A DNA stretch of 64,000 bases, taken from contig JBHGNT010000004.1 of assembly GCA_043228905.1 (NCBI GenBank), positions 15,748,001 through 15,812,000 on the forward strand, read 5' to 3'. Every line of letters starts with the position of its first letter. Position 1 is the first letter of the stretch. The notes under the pieces are model-generated. The model was not told the origin of the DNA. It did not search any database and worked only from the letters and a program-made list of their open reading frames with translations. The DNA comes from Azolla caroliniana. Its lineage: Eukaryota > Plantae > Polypodiophyta. The position numbers were made by a program, and so were the translations under genes. Shown piece by piece: positions 1 through 16,953 of the stretch.

Positions 1-515
1 TATTACGTGCATAAGGCAGGGTTCGAACCCTATACCTCCACGTAGACAAACCCCAGCCTTACCACTATACTAGCATATTATGACTTTTAAAGTTATACTA
101 AACTTTATCCCGTGTAAATGTTCTAGATATGCATGGTACAAAAAGTTATTCATGCATACACACTCGAGTTAAAAGAAAAGATGGGATAGAAAGTTAATCA
201 TGCACATGTAGTGTGCATGAAAACTAAAGTTAGGAAAAGCATGATGCTTGCATGTGATAAACTTAGACTCTTCCAACACTATATAAGGGAGAGAGAAAGA
301 TGTATAGTGGTTGTTGCTTATTTTACAAGGGTGGATTAATATAATATAATCATGGGATTCACAAATTTGCTAACTATTTTTCTCTCTTAATCTGAGTACT
401 CACTAATGCACTATACTCATGGGATTCACGAGTTTTTCATATCTTTCTTCCTTACAACATATTTCATATTCTTCATTGCCTTAGAATTTTCTTTTCTCCT
501 AGTCCAAATTCTCAG
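1..515 (+). mobile_element. Probable LTR fragment (ends not resolved)
   Basis: Layout resembles the chromovirus LTRs at 9767 and 57158: antisense tRNA-like module near the start, ACACTATATAA TATA motif at ~277, T/C-rich distal part. Confidence 0.35.
9..75 (-). promoter_or_regulatory. tRNA-like A-box/B-box module (degenerate, not a functional tRNA)
   Basis: Minus strand reads TAGTATAGTGGTAAG...45 nt from T8...GGGTTCGAACCC, which is tRNA-like spacing; no good acceptor stem. Confidence 0.6.
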
Positions 516-519
516 TGGT

Positions 520-3274
520 TTCCGCCCGACTCACGCAACGATCCGAAGCCGAAAGGCACAACAACGTAGTGTGCGAATTACACTACGACAACGTGAATCG
601 GCGTGGCTTGTCATTTGCGGATTCTAGGGGTTTCTTCACGCCGTCGGTGTGGATGTCATGGCCTTCGAACTCACTGTCGAGATCAAAATGATCTTCATAC
701 TCCTGCATTTTCGCCTTGCCTTTGTCTAGAAGTGAACTTGGCCGAGATGTGCTTTGATCACTTGGGGGCTCTTGTGGTGCACTTAGCCATGTCGAAATTG
801 GACTTTCTTCGTGCATATGCGTGAGACGATCTTCGGCTTCTATTCTTATTTCGGTGTCATCCACGTTGAGCAGAGTCGAAGTATTCTCTGGTGCATACCA
901 GGATGCAGACTTGTCGAAGACTACGTCTCGACTGATACAAACTTTTCGGGTAGATGGGTTGTAGCATTTGTACCCGTTTTGTTCGAGCGAGTATCCCATG
1001 AGCATACATTTCTCCGACTTTGGATCAAGCTTTTGCTGCGTGTCGTCGGGAAAATGTGGACATGCGATAAGTTCGGCTTCTTCTCGAAAAACTTCTCATG
1101 CGGAGTTATGTCGTGTACTCTTGAGGTTGTGCACCTGTTCATGAGGTATACGGTTGTATTCGCCGCTTCTGCCTAGTATGATTTCAACAGATTCTTCTCA
1201 TTCATCATGACTATGTGGCGGTTTTTACGCTCAACTACGCCGTTTTGTTGAGGTGTATGTTGACACGACAACTCTCGTCGGATTCCTTCCTTGCGGAGAT
1301 GCGATGAGAACTCATCCAAAAAATATTGTTTGCCTCCATCAGTTCATAGGCAACGTACATGTCGTCTTGTGGCTTTTCCCACTTCGTCTTTGAAGTTCTG
1401 GAAGTGCTCGAACACTTCACTCTTTTGCTTCATCGGATAAATCCAGGTATTTCTAGAGAAGTCGTCGATGAACGTGACATAGTAACGGCATCCGCCGAAA
1501 GTAGCTGTTTGGCCTGGTTCCCACACATCTGAATGTATGACATCCAGGATCCCTTTGCTTACATTCTGCTCTTTGGGGAATGGATGACGACGTTACTTTC
1601 CGAATTGGCATGCTTCGCACATGCTCGTGATCTCCTTTGCCGTAAAGTTCGGGAGTCCGATTACGGCTCCTTTTGTCTACATGTTCTGAAGCTTCTGGAG
1701 ATTGATGTGGCCGATTCTCTTGTGCCACAATTTCAAGTCAGTTTCGACTTTCTGGCCCTTTGCGTACATAGCAAACTTTTCTCGACTCGAGGATGAACAT
1801 ATGACCTTCTCGTCTACCGTGAGGTACGATTTGATCACCTTTTTCAATGAAGCACCCATCGTTGTTGAAGCGTACCTACATTCCTTGTTCTACAATCTGG
1901 CCGACCGAGACCAGATTTTTCGTGATGGTGGGAACATGCAATACATTCTTGAGGTAGGTCTGTTTGCCGTTGTTTCCGAATGGGACATTCCCAATCTGTT
2001 GTATGGGATGAGTCGTATCATCGCCTGTTTCGACATATCTGGGACGTTCAGGCTTCCGTAATTCCCAAAACCAATCTTCATGGGAAGTCATGTGATTGGA
2101 AGCTCCCGAATCAACAAGCCATACACTATTAGGAGTGGAGGCGCTGGCTGTCGCAAATGCAAACATCGAGTGTGCTTCTTGCTTCATTATGAACATTCCG
2201 CCACGGTTGCCGTAATCGGAGTTGGTAGCGTAATTTGTCAGTTGTCGCTCTTGCTCATGCTTCTTCTTCCAGCACTCCTCTTCGTAGTGGCCGGGTTTTC
2301 TGTAGTACCCGCACTCGACTGGGTTTCGGCGATTGCTCGGTCCAGCATTATGACTCCCCCTTCCGCCAAGCTCTCTAGGCCCGTTCCTGTCCGCTTGCCA
2401 CTGGTGGGAGTTTCACCCTTGATTCCGTCGATCATTATGACCTCTATTTCCGCGACCGAAATTTCTTCTATCATCCGATTGGGAGTAGAGCATGTGATCA
2501 TCTGATGTGTTGCTCCTCTGTTGGGCGTGATTCTCTTCAACCAACAATATCGATTGAAGGTCAAAGAAGGAGGGAGGATTCTCCCTCGCAAGAATAGTCA
2601 ATCTAATCACGCCGAAACGCGGTGCTAAGCCTCCGAGGCATATCTGCACCAGTTTGTCATCATCAATGATGACGTTGATCGATCTGAGGGCGTCACATAA
2701 CTGCTTGCTCTTCAAGGTATAGCTTGAGATTGACATGTCCCTCTGTTGGATGCTATTCAGCTCCTGACGAAGCTGGAGCTTGCGTGCGACCGTGTTGGTT
2801 GCGAAAATCTTTTTGAGATTCTCCCACGCCTGCTTTGACGTTTTTGCCTCTCAAATGTAGCCAAGCATGTGATCATGAACGCATCATGCAAGGCAATACA
2901 GCACACGGCTTGCGGCCTGCTCCCAAGCGGGATAGTTGGCGTGTGTTGGGTTGGGGTGTGATTCGTGAGCTCCTTCGATGTAGCTCTAATAGCCTTGTCC
3001 AACAAGATATTGATGCATCTTGTATTCCCAAGATGCAAAGTTTGTTCTGTCCAGCTTCTCGGTAGGAAGAGCGCTTCCCATTTGAGTATTCATGGTGATT
3101 TCTTCTCTGTCGATGGGCCGGTTCTATTGATTGTCGGAGTGCAGCACAACACGGTCGAAAATGCTTGATCAGGAAACCACACGCTCTGATACCATGTTAC
3201 AAAATGAGAAGGCAAGAGTAGTTGCAATGCAGTGAAAGGTGAACGTATGTGTGTGTGTGTGTGTGTCTAACTGC

Positions 3275-3305
<31 letters not shown>

Positions 3306-3450
3306 CAACTGTATATTAACCAAAATTATATCAAAGCATAAAACATCCAACAACAACTATAGTTACAATGAGTTGGTTTATATACCAACGAAGCTAGGGC
3401 AAGTGCTCTTTCTACTATTTACAAAACTAGCCTGGTATGTCCATGGGCTA
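520..3450 (-). mobile_element. Decayed Ty1/Copia element 1 (5' LTR part, PBS, gag, protease, integrase; truncated before RT)
   Basis: PBS TGGTATCAGAGC at 3194-3183; LTR begins TG at 3195; fragments EKLDRTN..W, CCHC knuckle, WLVDSGAS, YYVTFIDDFSR, GYKCYNP..SRDVVFD; many stops and frameshifts. Right boundary approximate. Confidence 0.9.
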
Positions 3451-3861
3451 GTGTGAACCTATGGGAAGTTGAGTTCGATTGTCACCAATAAACAACTAGG
3501 GCAAACTTTAGGAAGTGTGATAATTATTCTAGTTGATCATTATTGTATAGTTAGAGAAGGTAGTTGTCTCTATAACTGTGTGAGAAAGTGAGAGTGTTAG
3601 TGTAACTCCGTAACCGTTAGACAAACGAAGAAGATCTTGAGGTCATTGCCTCCGAGTTCTTTATTTTACCTCGTCTCTTATAATGATCTGTTTGGAGTTA
3701 GTGGACTGCGTGTGGTTTTTCCCAATTCGGGTTTTCCACGTTAAATATCTGTGTCTTCTTTCTAAGTTTCTTGTTTTCTGTCTTCTCTTTTGTTTGAGCA
3801 TTACCTTGCTCGAACACGTATTCGTGAGCATAACCAGTTGTGTCCGGTCATGATCCTAACA
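3450..3861 (+). mobile_element. Solo LTR, Tork/Tnt1-like (left end uncertain)
   Basis: Contains GTGGTTTTTCCC...GGGTTTTCCACGT, shared with the LTRs at 61373, 34306 and 9318; ends CCTAACA. Confidence 0.55.
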
Positions 3862-3977
3862 CATTACACATATACCACAATCCCTTTATCTCGTTTGACC
3901 CTTAGACCACCTTGTACACTCCTTCATGTAATAATTAGCTCGTTTTTAGTCACTAGCCCTCCAACTCACTCATGCTC

Positions 3978-9317
<5,340 letters not shown>

Positions 9318-10274
9318 TGTTAGGTCTGATGAAAAACAATGCTCGGCCACAATTGAGTCTCAAATACACAATGGAAGAACCAAAGAAAACAAGTAGATTG
9401 ATGCACACTTACATAGTCAAAATAAGATGGCACATGATATTTGCGTGGAAAACCTTGAGAAGCAAAACCATGGGGTTCTGTAACTCCGAATTGGATGACT
9501 ATTGAGAGGAAAGGTACAATGGGAGACTCAGAGGCAACGACGTGTAGCTCTGTCATCGCCAACCGGTGGTTACAATAGAAAATGCCTTTTGTTTCTCTCT
9601 CTCTCTCTCTCTCTCATTGTGTACAACAATACGACAACTACTACCCAATACACACACTCACACATAGAACAGTTTTCCCCTAGTTATATTTATACATATA
9701 TAACTTTGGGGGCTATTTACAAAAGTGGCCTCAACAGGCCATGAGAAACATATTTACAAATCTTTCTGTCATGGCAAGACTCGAACCCATGACTTTATGC
9801 TACATGGGTCGAGCTCTTACCATTAGATTATGAATTGTATTTTGTAGGATATTATTTTCATTTATACTTTATCATAGAAAATTGATGTATATTCTAGATC
9901 TCTCTGGAACATTCTAGAAGCTTCAGGATTATTCCTAAAAACACTATAAAAGGAGGCACAAGGCATTGTTTTGAACCAAATTGGTTCAACGCCAGTCTTA
10001 AGCCTCTTAGCCGCTTGTACTTATCTTTTCACATAATATATAACTGTTGTCATCATCTCTCTCTCTCTCTCATTCTCGCTATCTCTCTCTCTCTCCTCTT
10101 CTCACTTCCTCTCTCGGGAATCTTACGCAGTCCCGTCCTCTTAGTACTAATAGTACTGCTGTTCTTAGTACTAATTCCATCTCTGTTTTAGTACTATTCT
10201 TGACAGTTTGAACCAATTTGTTCCTCTAGCCTACTTGTCACTCTCCCTCATCCTCCTACCCTTTTCCCTATACT

Positions 10275-10813
10275 ATGGCTACTGTTAGCGCCCAAGAATA
10301 CCAATCCGTTTTCTCCGAGCTACAGTGCCTAAAAGAAAAGTTTGTTGCCCTGGAACAAGAAAACCAACGGCTGATAGGGGATCTGCAACAAATCGCTCTG
10401 GAAAAACAACAAACGCAACAACAACATGGGGAGTTAGCGTTACGGGTACAACAACTCGAAGCAGCGTTGCAACAACAAGGATCCAGTCCCCAAGGATTTC
10501 ATAAAGAGCCCAAGATTGGACTTCCTGTGAAATTTGATGGAACGCGTTCGCAATTCCGGGGATTCCTTAATCAGGTACGCTTAGTCATCCAGATGCATCC
10601 TTCCCGATATCCCACTGATGCATCTCGAGTCGGCCTAATAGGCACGCTACTTAGCGGCTCAGCCTTGGCATGGTTTGCTCTGCTTCTAGAAAAACAATCA
10701 CCCTTACTTAATAACTTTGAAGATTTTATTGGTGAGTTTAAAGCCTGCTTTGGAGACACCGACAGCATCAGGACGGCGATCAACAAGATCCGGCGATTGT
10801 GTCAAGGCGATCG
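10275..10813 (+). pseudogene. gag: Truncated duplicate of the chromovirus gag
   Basis: Nearly identical to 12351-12889, then switches to foreign sequence after GGCGATCG. Confidence 0.92.
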
Positions 10814-11842
10814 GTCATGCCGGATCCGGATTTGTCCGAATCGGCACGCTTTCTCCAGCACTCGCTTTCCCTGTGGCCTTTTTTGCCATAGTACCAGCAT
10901 TCCGTAGCGGATTTGTCTTGCCGGCCTCCGGCACCGCCTTGACTCCCCCTTCTTGTGGAAGTCCCGGAACTGCTGTCGGCACGCTCATAGTGCCTCCATT
11001 CCTGCTCTTGCCGGCCGCCTCCACTGCATGCCGACCCACCTCTTCCACCACGCCCATGGAGCCGATCCGTTCCCGTGTACAACATTCGGCTGTCCGGGGA
11101 TGGACTGGTAGATGCATCGGCGTGGTTCTCCTCTACAAGGAGCATCGACTGTAAGTCGAAGAATGAGGGGGTATTCTCCCTTGTACACACCAAAGTCCGG
11201 AACGCTCCGAACTTGGACGCCAGGCCTCCGAGACATACCTGCACCATCTCGTCTTCCTCTACCGTAACATTGATAGAGGCGAGCGAGTCGCAGATCTCCT
11301 TTATCCGGCCCGTGTAGTCTGCCACGGACATGTGCTTCTGTCGAACATTGCTCAACTCCTGTCTGAGTTGCAGCTTCCGGGCAGTGGTGCTTGCGGCGAA
11401 AACCTTTTTCAGGTTCCCCCAAGCATCCTTCGGTGTCTTGGCGTCACAGATGTGGCTGAGCAGCTTATCGCCGACACTGGACGCGAAGCAGTACATCACC
11501 CTGCTTGCCACCTGTTCCCATACCGGGAAGTCCTTGTGTGCCGAGTCAGGCGCTGCATCATTCGCTCCTTCGACATAACTCCAGTACCCGTGTCCAAGCA
11601 GGTACTGGTGCATCTTGTAAGACCAGGATGCGTAGTTGCTCCTATCGAGCTTCTCCACCGGGAGCGACGTAGCCATGCCTCTATCCATGTCTTCTACTGT
11701 GTCTGTTTTCGACCTGTTAGGGTTTTCTTCTCAAGAGTAAATGTTTGCAGCAGAGGTTCTCAACCCTCGCGCTCTGATACCATGAAAACGTGAGTGTTTG
11801 CGGAAGCGTAAAACAAAGAACAACAGAGAGAGAGAGAGAGAG
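10814..11842 (-). mobile_element. gag: Captured Copia fragment (LTR end, PBS 11782-11771, gag ORF from 11688)
   Basis: Open ORF EKLDRSNYASWSYKM...CWYYGKKGHRESEC; PBS TGGTATCAGAGC; ends in a (GA)n tract abutting LTR2. Confidence 0.9.
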
Positions 11843-12350
11843 TGTCATGGCAAGACTCGAACCCATGACTTTATGCTACATGGGTCGAGCTCTTACCATT
11901 AGATTATGAATTGTATTTTGTAGGATATTATTTTCATTTATACTTTATCATAGAAAATTGATGTATATTCTAGATCTCTCTGGAACATTCTAGAAGCTTC
12001 AGGATTATTCCTAAAAACACTATAAAAGGAGGCACAAGGCATTGTTTTGAACCAAATTGGTTCAATGCCAGTCTTAAGCCTCTTAGCCGCTTGTACTTAT
12101 CTTTTCACATAATATATAGCTGATGTCATCATCTCTCTCTCTCTCTCATTCTCGCTATCTCTCTCTCTCTCCTCTTCTCACTTCCTCTCTCGGGAATCTT
12201 ACGCAGTCCCGTCCTCTTAGTACTAATAGTACTGCTGTTCTTAGTACTAATTCCATCTCTGTTTTAGTACTATTCCTGACAGTTTGAACCAATTTCTTCC
12301 TCTAGCCTACTTGTCACTCTCCCTCATCCTCCTACCCTTTTCCCTATACT

Positions 12351-13508
12351 ATGGCTACTGTTAGCGCCCAAGAATACCAATCCGTTTTCTCCGAGCTACA
12401 GTGCCTAAAAGAAAAGTTTGTTGCCCTGGAACAAGAAAACCAACGGCTGATAGGGGATCTGCAACAAATCGCTCTAGAAAAACAACAAACGCAACAACAA
12501 CATGGGGAGTTAGCGTTACGGGTACAACAACTCGAAGCAGCGTTGCAACAACAAGGATCCAGTCCACAAGGATTTCATAAAGAGCCCAAGATTGGACTTC
12601 CTGTGAAATTTGATGGAACGCGTTCGCAATTCCGGGGATTTCTTAATCAGGTACGCTTAGTCATCCAGATGCATCCTTCCCGATATCCCACTGATGCATC
12701 TCGAGTCGGCCTAATAGGCACGCTACTTAGCGGCTCAGCCTTGGCATGGTTTGCTCCGCTTCTAGAAAAACAATCACCCTTACTTAATAACTTTGAAGAT
12801 TTTATTGGTGAGTTTAAAGCCTGCTTTGGAGACACCGACAGCATCAGGACGGCGATCAACAAGATCCGGCGATTGTGTCAAGGCGATCGTCCAGCCTCTG
12901 CCTACGCGGCGGATTTCCGCCTACTTGCTTTAGATATACCCTGGGATGATCAAGCACTAATGGAGCAGTTTCGCTATGGCTTGCGAAACGATGTCAAAGA
13001 TCTACTTCTAACTTTCCCCGAAGAACCAAAGTCTCTTACGGAGGCAATCAGTCGAGCAGTTCGATGTGACAACCGCCTTTTTGAACGGCGTTCAGAACGT
13101 CAATTACAGATACCACGCTCTAGGCCAGAGCCCACTTACGCCGCAGTCGCGGCTAAACCGTTTGCACGAGACATACCTCAAGCAAATACTTCGACACCGA
13201 TGGAGATCGATACCATGCGTCGACGCGGCCCGTTATCGGAAGAAGAAAAGCAACGACGACGTGCCAATCGATTATGTCTTTATTGCGGTGGACCAGGACA
13301 TATCGCCATCAATTGTCCCCATAGGCCAAGAAGACAGGTAAATCAAATCGTCGCCTGTACTAAACCCGAGTCAATTCTTCCCTTCGGAGTGTCTGATAGT
13401 ATTAATAGTACTAATAGAGTGTCAGATAGTATTCATAGTACTAATGGCCCAAGTATCTCAAATAAATTTGAAATCCTTAGTCAATTAGATGAAGAGTTAA
13501 ACGATTGA
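12351..13508 (+). CDS. gag: Chromovirus Gag (coiled coil, capsid, CCHC knuckle)
   Basis: 385-aa open ORF; PVKFDG.R..FRGFL, PMEID, CLYCGGPGHIAINC. Confidence 0.93.
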   Translation: MATVSAQEYQSVFSELQCLKEKFVALEQENQRLIGDLQQIALEKQQTQQQHGELALRVQQLEAALQQQGSSPQGFHKEPKIGLPVKFDGTRSQFRGFLNQVRLVIQMHPSRYPTDASRVGLIGTLLSGSALAWFAPLLEKQSPLLNNFEDFIGEFKACFGDTDSIRTAINKIRRLCQGDRPASAYAADFRLLALDIPWDDQALMEQFRYGLRNDVKDLLLTFPEEPKSLTEAISRAVRCDNRLFERRSERQLQIPRSRPEPTYAAVAAKPFARDIPQANTSTPMEIDTMRRRGPLSEEEKQRRRANRLCLYCGGPGHIAINCPHRPRRQVNQIVACTKPESILPFGVSDSINSTNRVSDSIHSTNGPSISNKFEILSQLDEELND

Positions 13509-16500
13509 GTCCAGCCAAAATAGGAGCCATTTGGTTGGACAGCAGCCCTAGATCTGTACAACCCATTAGTGGTTCCATTCCTTCCAAGCAAGTTAGCAAT
13601 GTGTTCCTAGCCCAAGTCATTGTTAGTACTAAAAGTACTCCCCCAGTACCCGTCCTAGCACTTTTAGATTCCGGAGCTAATTCCTGTTTCATGGATCGAA
13701 ATTTTGCCCAAGCTTCTCAGATATCCTTAAGAAAACTTCCTTGTCCCGCATCTGTAGTGGTCATTGATGGTCGTCCCATTGCTTCCGGGAATATTGTAGA
13801 AGAATCAGAACCCATTCAAGTTGTCCTAGGTAGTTTTGTGTGTATAATATCATTTAATATAATTAGTAGTCCAGAGCATCCCATTGTCCTAGGATTACCT
13901 TGGCTTGAATTACATAATCCAGCCATAGATTGGAGAACAAGAGAAGTCCAATATCGACCACCCCAAGAATCAACTCACCGAGTTTCGACCATTTCACTCC
14001 ATCAACTACGCGAAGAAGGACCCAAGGAGGCAATGTTCCTATTTGCCATATCAGTACATCCTTCTAGCACTATTAAGAAGGACTCCTCAATACAACTTCC
14101 GGCAAAATATCATCCTTATGCCGATGTATTTGACAAGGTAAAAGCCGGTACCCTTCCTCATTACCGTCCCTATGACTGTCCCATCGATTTACAACCAGGA
14201 ACCGAGCCACCATGGGGACCAATTTACAACTTGTCACCCACCGAGTTAGAAGTCCTTCGAGCCTACATAGAGGAGAACTTGGCAAGCGGGTTCATCCGTC
14301 ATTCGAAATCTCCGGCCGGTGCACCCATCTTCTTTGTCAAGAAGAAAGATGGCTCACTTCGTCTTGTCGTTGATTACCGCGGATTGAATAAAGTCACCAT
14401 CCGGAATAGGTATGCACTTCCTCTTATATCAAGTCTTTTAGAGCGAGTTAATGGTGCCAAGTTTTTTACTATAATCGACCTACGAGGAGCGTATAATCTC
14501 GTGCGGATCCGACCGGGAGATGAGTGGAAGACCGCTTTTCGCACGCGGTATGGGCATTTCGAGTATACTGTTATGCCGTTTGGCCTAACCAATGCACCCG
14601 CAGTCTTCCAACACATGGCAAATGATATATTCAGAGACCTCTTGGATATCTGTTTGATCATTTATCTGGATGATTTGTTGATTTATTCGAAGACCCAGGA
14701 AGAGCACGATTCTCATGTACTATTAGTACTAAAGCGACTCCGCGAGAATGGTCTTTATGCCAAGCTAGAGAAATGTAGCTTTGACTGCAAGCAAGTGGAA
14801 TTTCTAGGCTACATCATCTCCTCAAAGGGCATCGCCATGGATCCAGCTAAAATCCAAACTGTACTAGAGTGGCAAATTCCACGGTCGGTACGAGATGTAC
14901 AATGTTTTCTAGGCTTTGCTAACTTCTACTGTAAGTTTATACAGGATTACTCGAAGATTATTTTACCTCTCACACAACTTACGAAGAAGGGCCAAGCATT
15001 TCTTTGGTCCATCGAAGCAGATATGGCTTTTCGGCATCTTAAGAAAGCCTTTACATCAGCACCGATTCTAGCTCATGTGGATACAAGCAAACCATTCATC
15101 ATGGAGGCCGACGCATCAGATTTCGCCCTCGGTAGCATCCTTTCTCAACAAGGCGATAAAGAAGAGTTGCATCCGGTGGCTTTCCATTCGCGCAAATTCA
15201 ATGTCGCAGAAATCAACTACGAAATACATGACAAGGAGTTATTAGCCATCGTGGATTCATTTGTACAATGGCGACATTTCTTAGAGGGTTCTCCACATCA
15301 GGTCATTGTCTTTAGCGATCATAAAAATCTTGCTTATTTTCAGAACACTCGCGTACTAAATCGACGACAAGCTCGGTGGGCGCAATTCCTCACGCGTTTC
15401 AACTTCGAAATCACATATCGACCGGGGAAGCAGCAAGGAAAAGCAGATGCACTATCACGGCGTTCATATCTTGCACCTCGTCCTGGTGACGCAACATTTG
15501 ATAATCAAAAGCAAGTAATCTTGGGACCAACACGATTGCACACGACGCAGATTTTTCACACCCCGATGGCTTCACGGATTACCGATGACATACGTGCAAC
15601 CTTGAAGACGGATAGTTTTGCTCAAGACATCCTGGCGCACATTGATACTTATCGGGCATCCTGTTCTCAGTCTCAACAACCAGGTATTGACTACCGACAA
15701 TTCGAATATCATGATGGTTTGTTATTCTTTAAAAAGCGCGTATATGTCCCCGATTGCTCCTGTCGCCTTCAAATCGTCCAACATTGTCACGACACCCATA
15801 CGGCGGGACATTTCGGTAGTACCAAGACGTTGGAGTTAGTGCAGCGATCTTTTTGGTGGCCCCACATGCGTCGTTTTGTCAACGACTACGTTCGGACCTG
15901 TGATGCTTGCTGCCGAGCAAAGATGCCACGACACCATCCATATGGCTTGTTGGAACCTTTACCAATTCCAAGTAAGCCATGGCAGTCTATTTGTCTTGAT
16001 TTTATCACAGATCTGCCGGTCTCGAAGGGGTTCGATGCTATCCTAACCGTCGTCGATCGATATACGAAGATGGCACATTTTGTGCCATGTACTAAAGCCA
16101 TCACTAGCGAGGAAACCGCCGCTCTTGTTATGCGTGAGGTATTTCGGCATCATGGCCTACCAGACAGTATTATCAGTGACCGAGGCCCACAATTTGTCTC
16201 CAAATTTTGGCAGCATCTCTTCAGGATGCTCAAGGTCTCCTGCAACCTCTCCTCCGGCTACCATCCTCAAACTGACGGACAGGCGGAACGAACAAACCAA
16301 ACGTTGGAGCAATATCTCTGGTGTTTCCTGAGTTATCAACAGGACGATTGGGCCGAGATTCTCCACTTTGCGGAGTTTGCGTATAATAATGCTATTCACT
16401 CCTCGACTCGGGTCTCCCCATTTCTCGCTTATACCGGTTTCCATCCTCGCTGGTCGGTGATCGACACTCCGGAGCTACCTACCAACCCTCGTGCCGAGGA

Positions 16501-16953
16501 CCATTTGGAGAGGCTACGCAAGATCCAGATGGATCTCTCTACTCACCTTCGTCATGCTCAACACACACAGAAGACTTATGCGGATCGTCATCGGATTCCC
16601 TCCTCTTTTGCCATCGGAGATCGAGTATGGCTCTTACGTCGTCACATCAAGACTACTCGACCGTGCGACAAGTTGGATTATCGACGACTCGGTCCTTTCC
16701 GTATTACGGGGAAGATTAATGATGTCACCTTCCGCAGCTTCAGATACATCCGGTTTTCCATTGTTCTCTTCTTGAACCTTATAAAGCAAACACCATTCCC
16801 GATCGTGTGACACCACCGCCGCCCCCGCTGGAGTTGGACGCCGGCCCGGAATATGAAGTTGCTGCCATAGATCTTCTTGCTGATTTCCACCGAAAGTATC
16901 CGGACAAACCCGGTCCGCAATTAGCGCCGACTCGTTCCACTCGTCGTCTTTAA
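13496..16953 (+). CDS. pol: Chromovirus Pol (PR-RT-RH-INT, chromodomain remnant); -1 frame relative to gag, frameshifted near 16735
   Basis: LLDSGA, YLDD, DASD, HHCC, SDRG, QTDGQAER. The C-terminus IHPVFH..LLEPY..EYEVAAI..FHRKYP continues in another frame to TAA at 16951-16953. Confidence 0.92.

Noticed and set aside
516-530. TGGTTTCCGCCCG as a PBS after the LTR-like region
   Set aside because: Only a gapped resemblance to a tRNA-Val end, with no supporting downstream gag.
9767-9835. Functional tRNA gene (also 9-75)
   Set aside because: Acceptor and anticodon stems do not pair; only the boxes and their spacing are tRNA-like.
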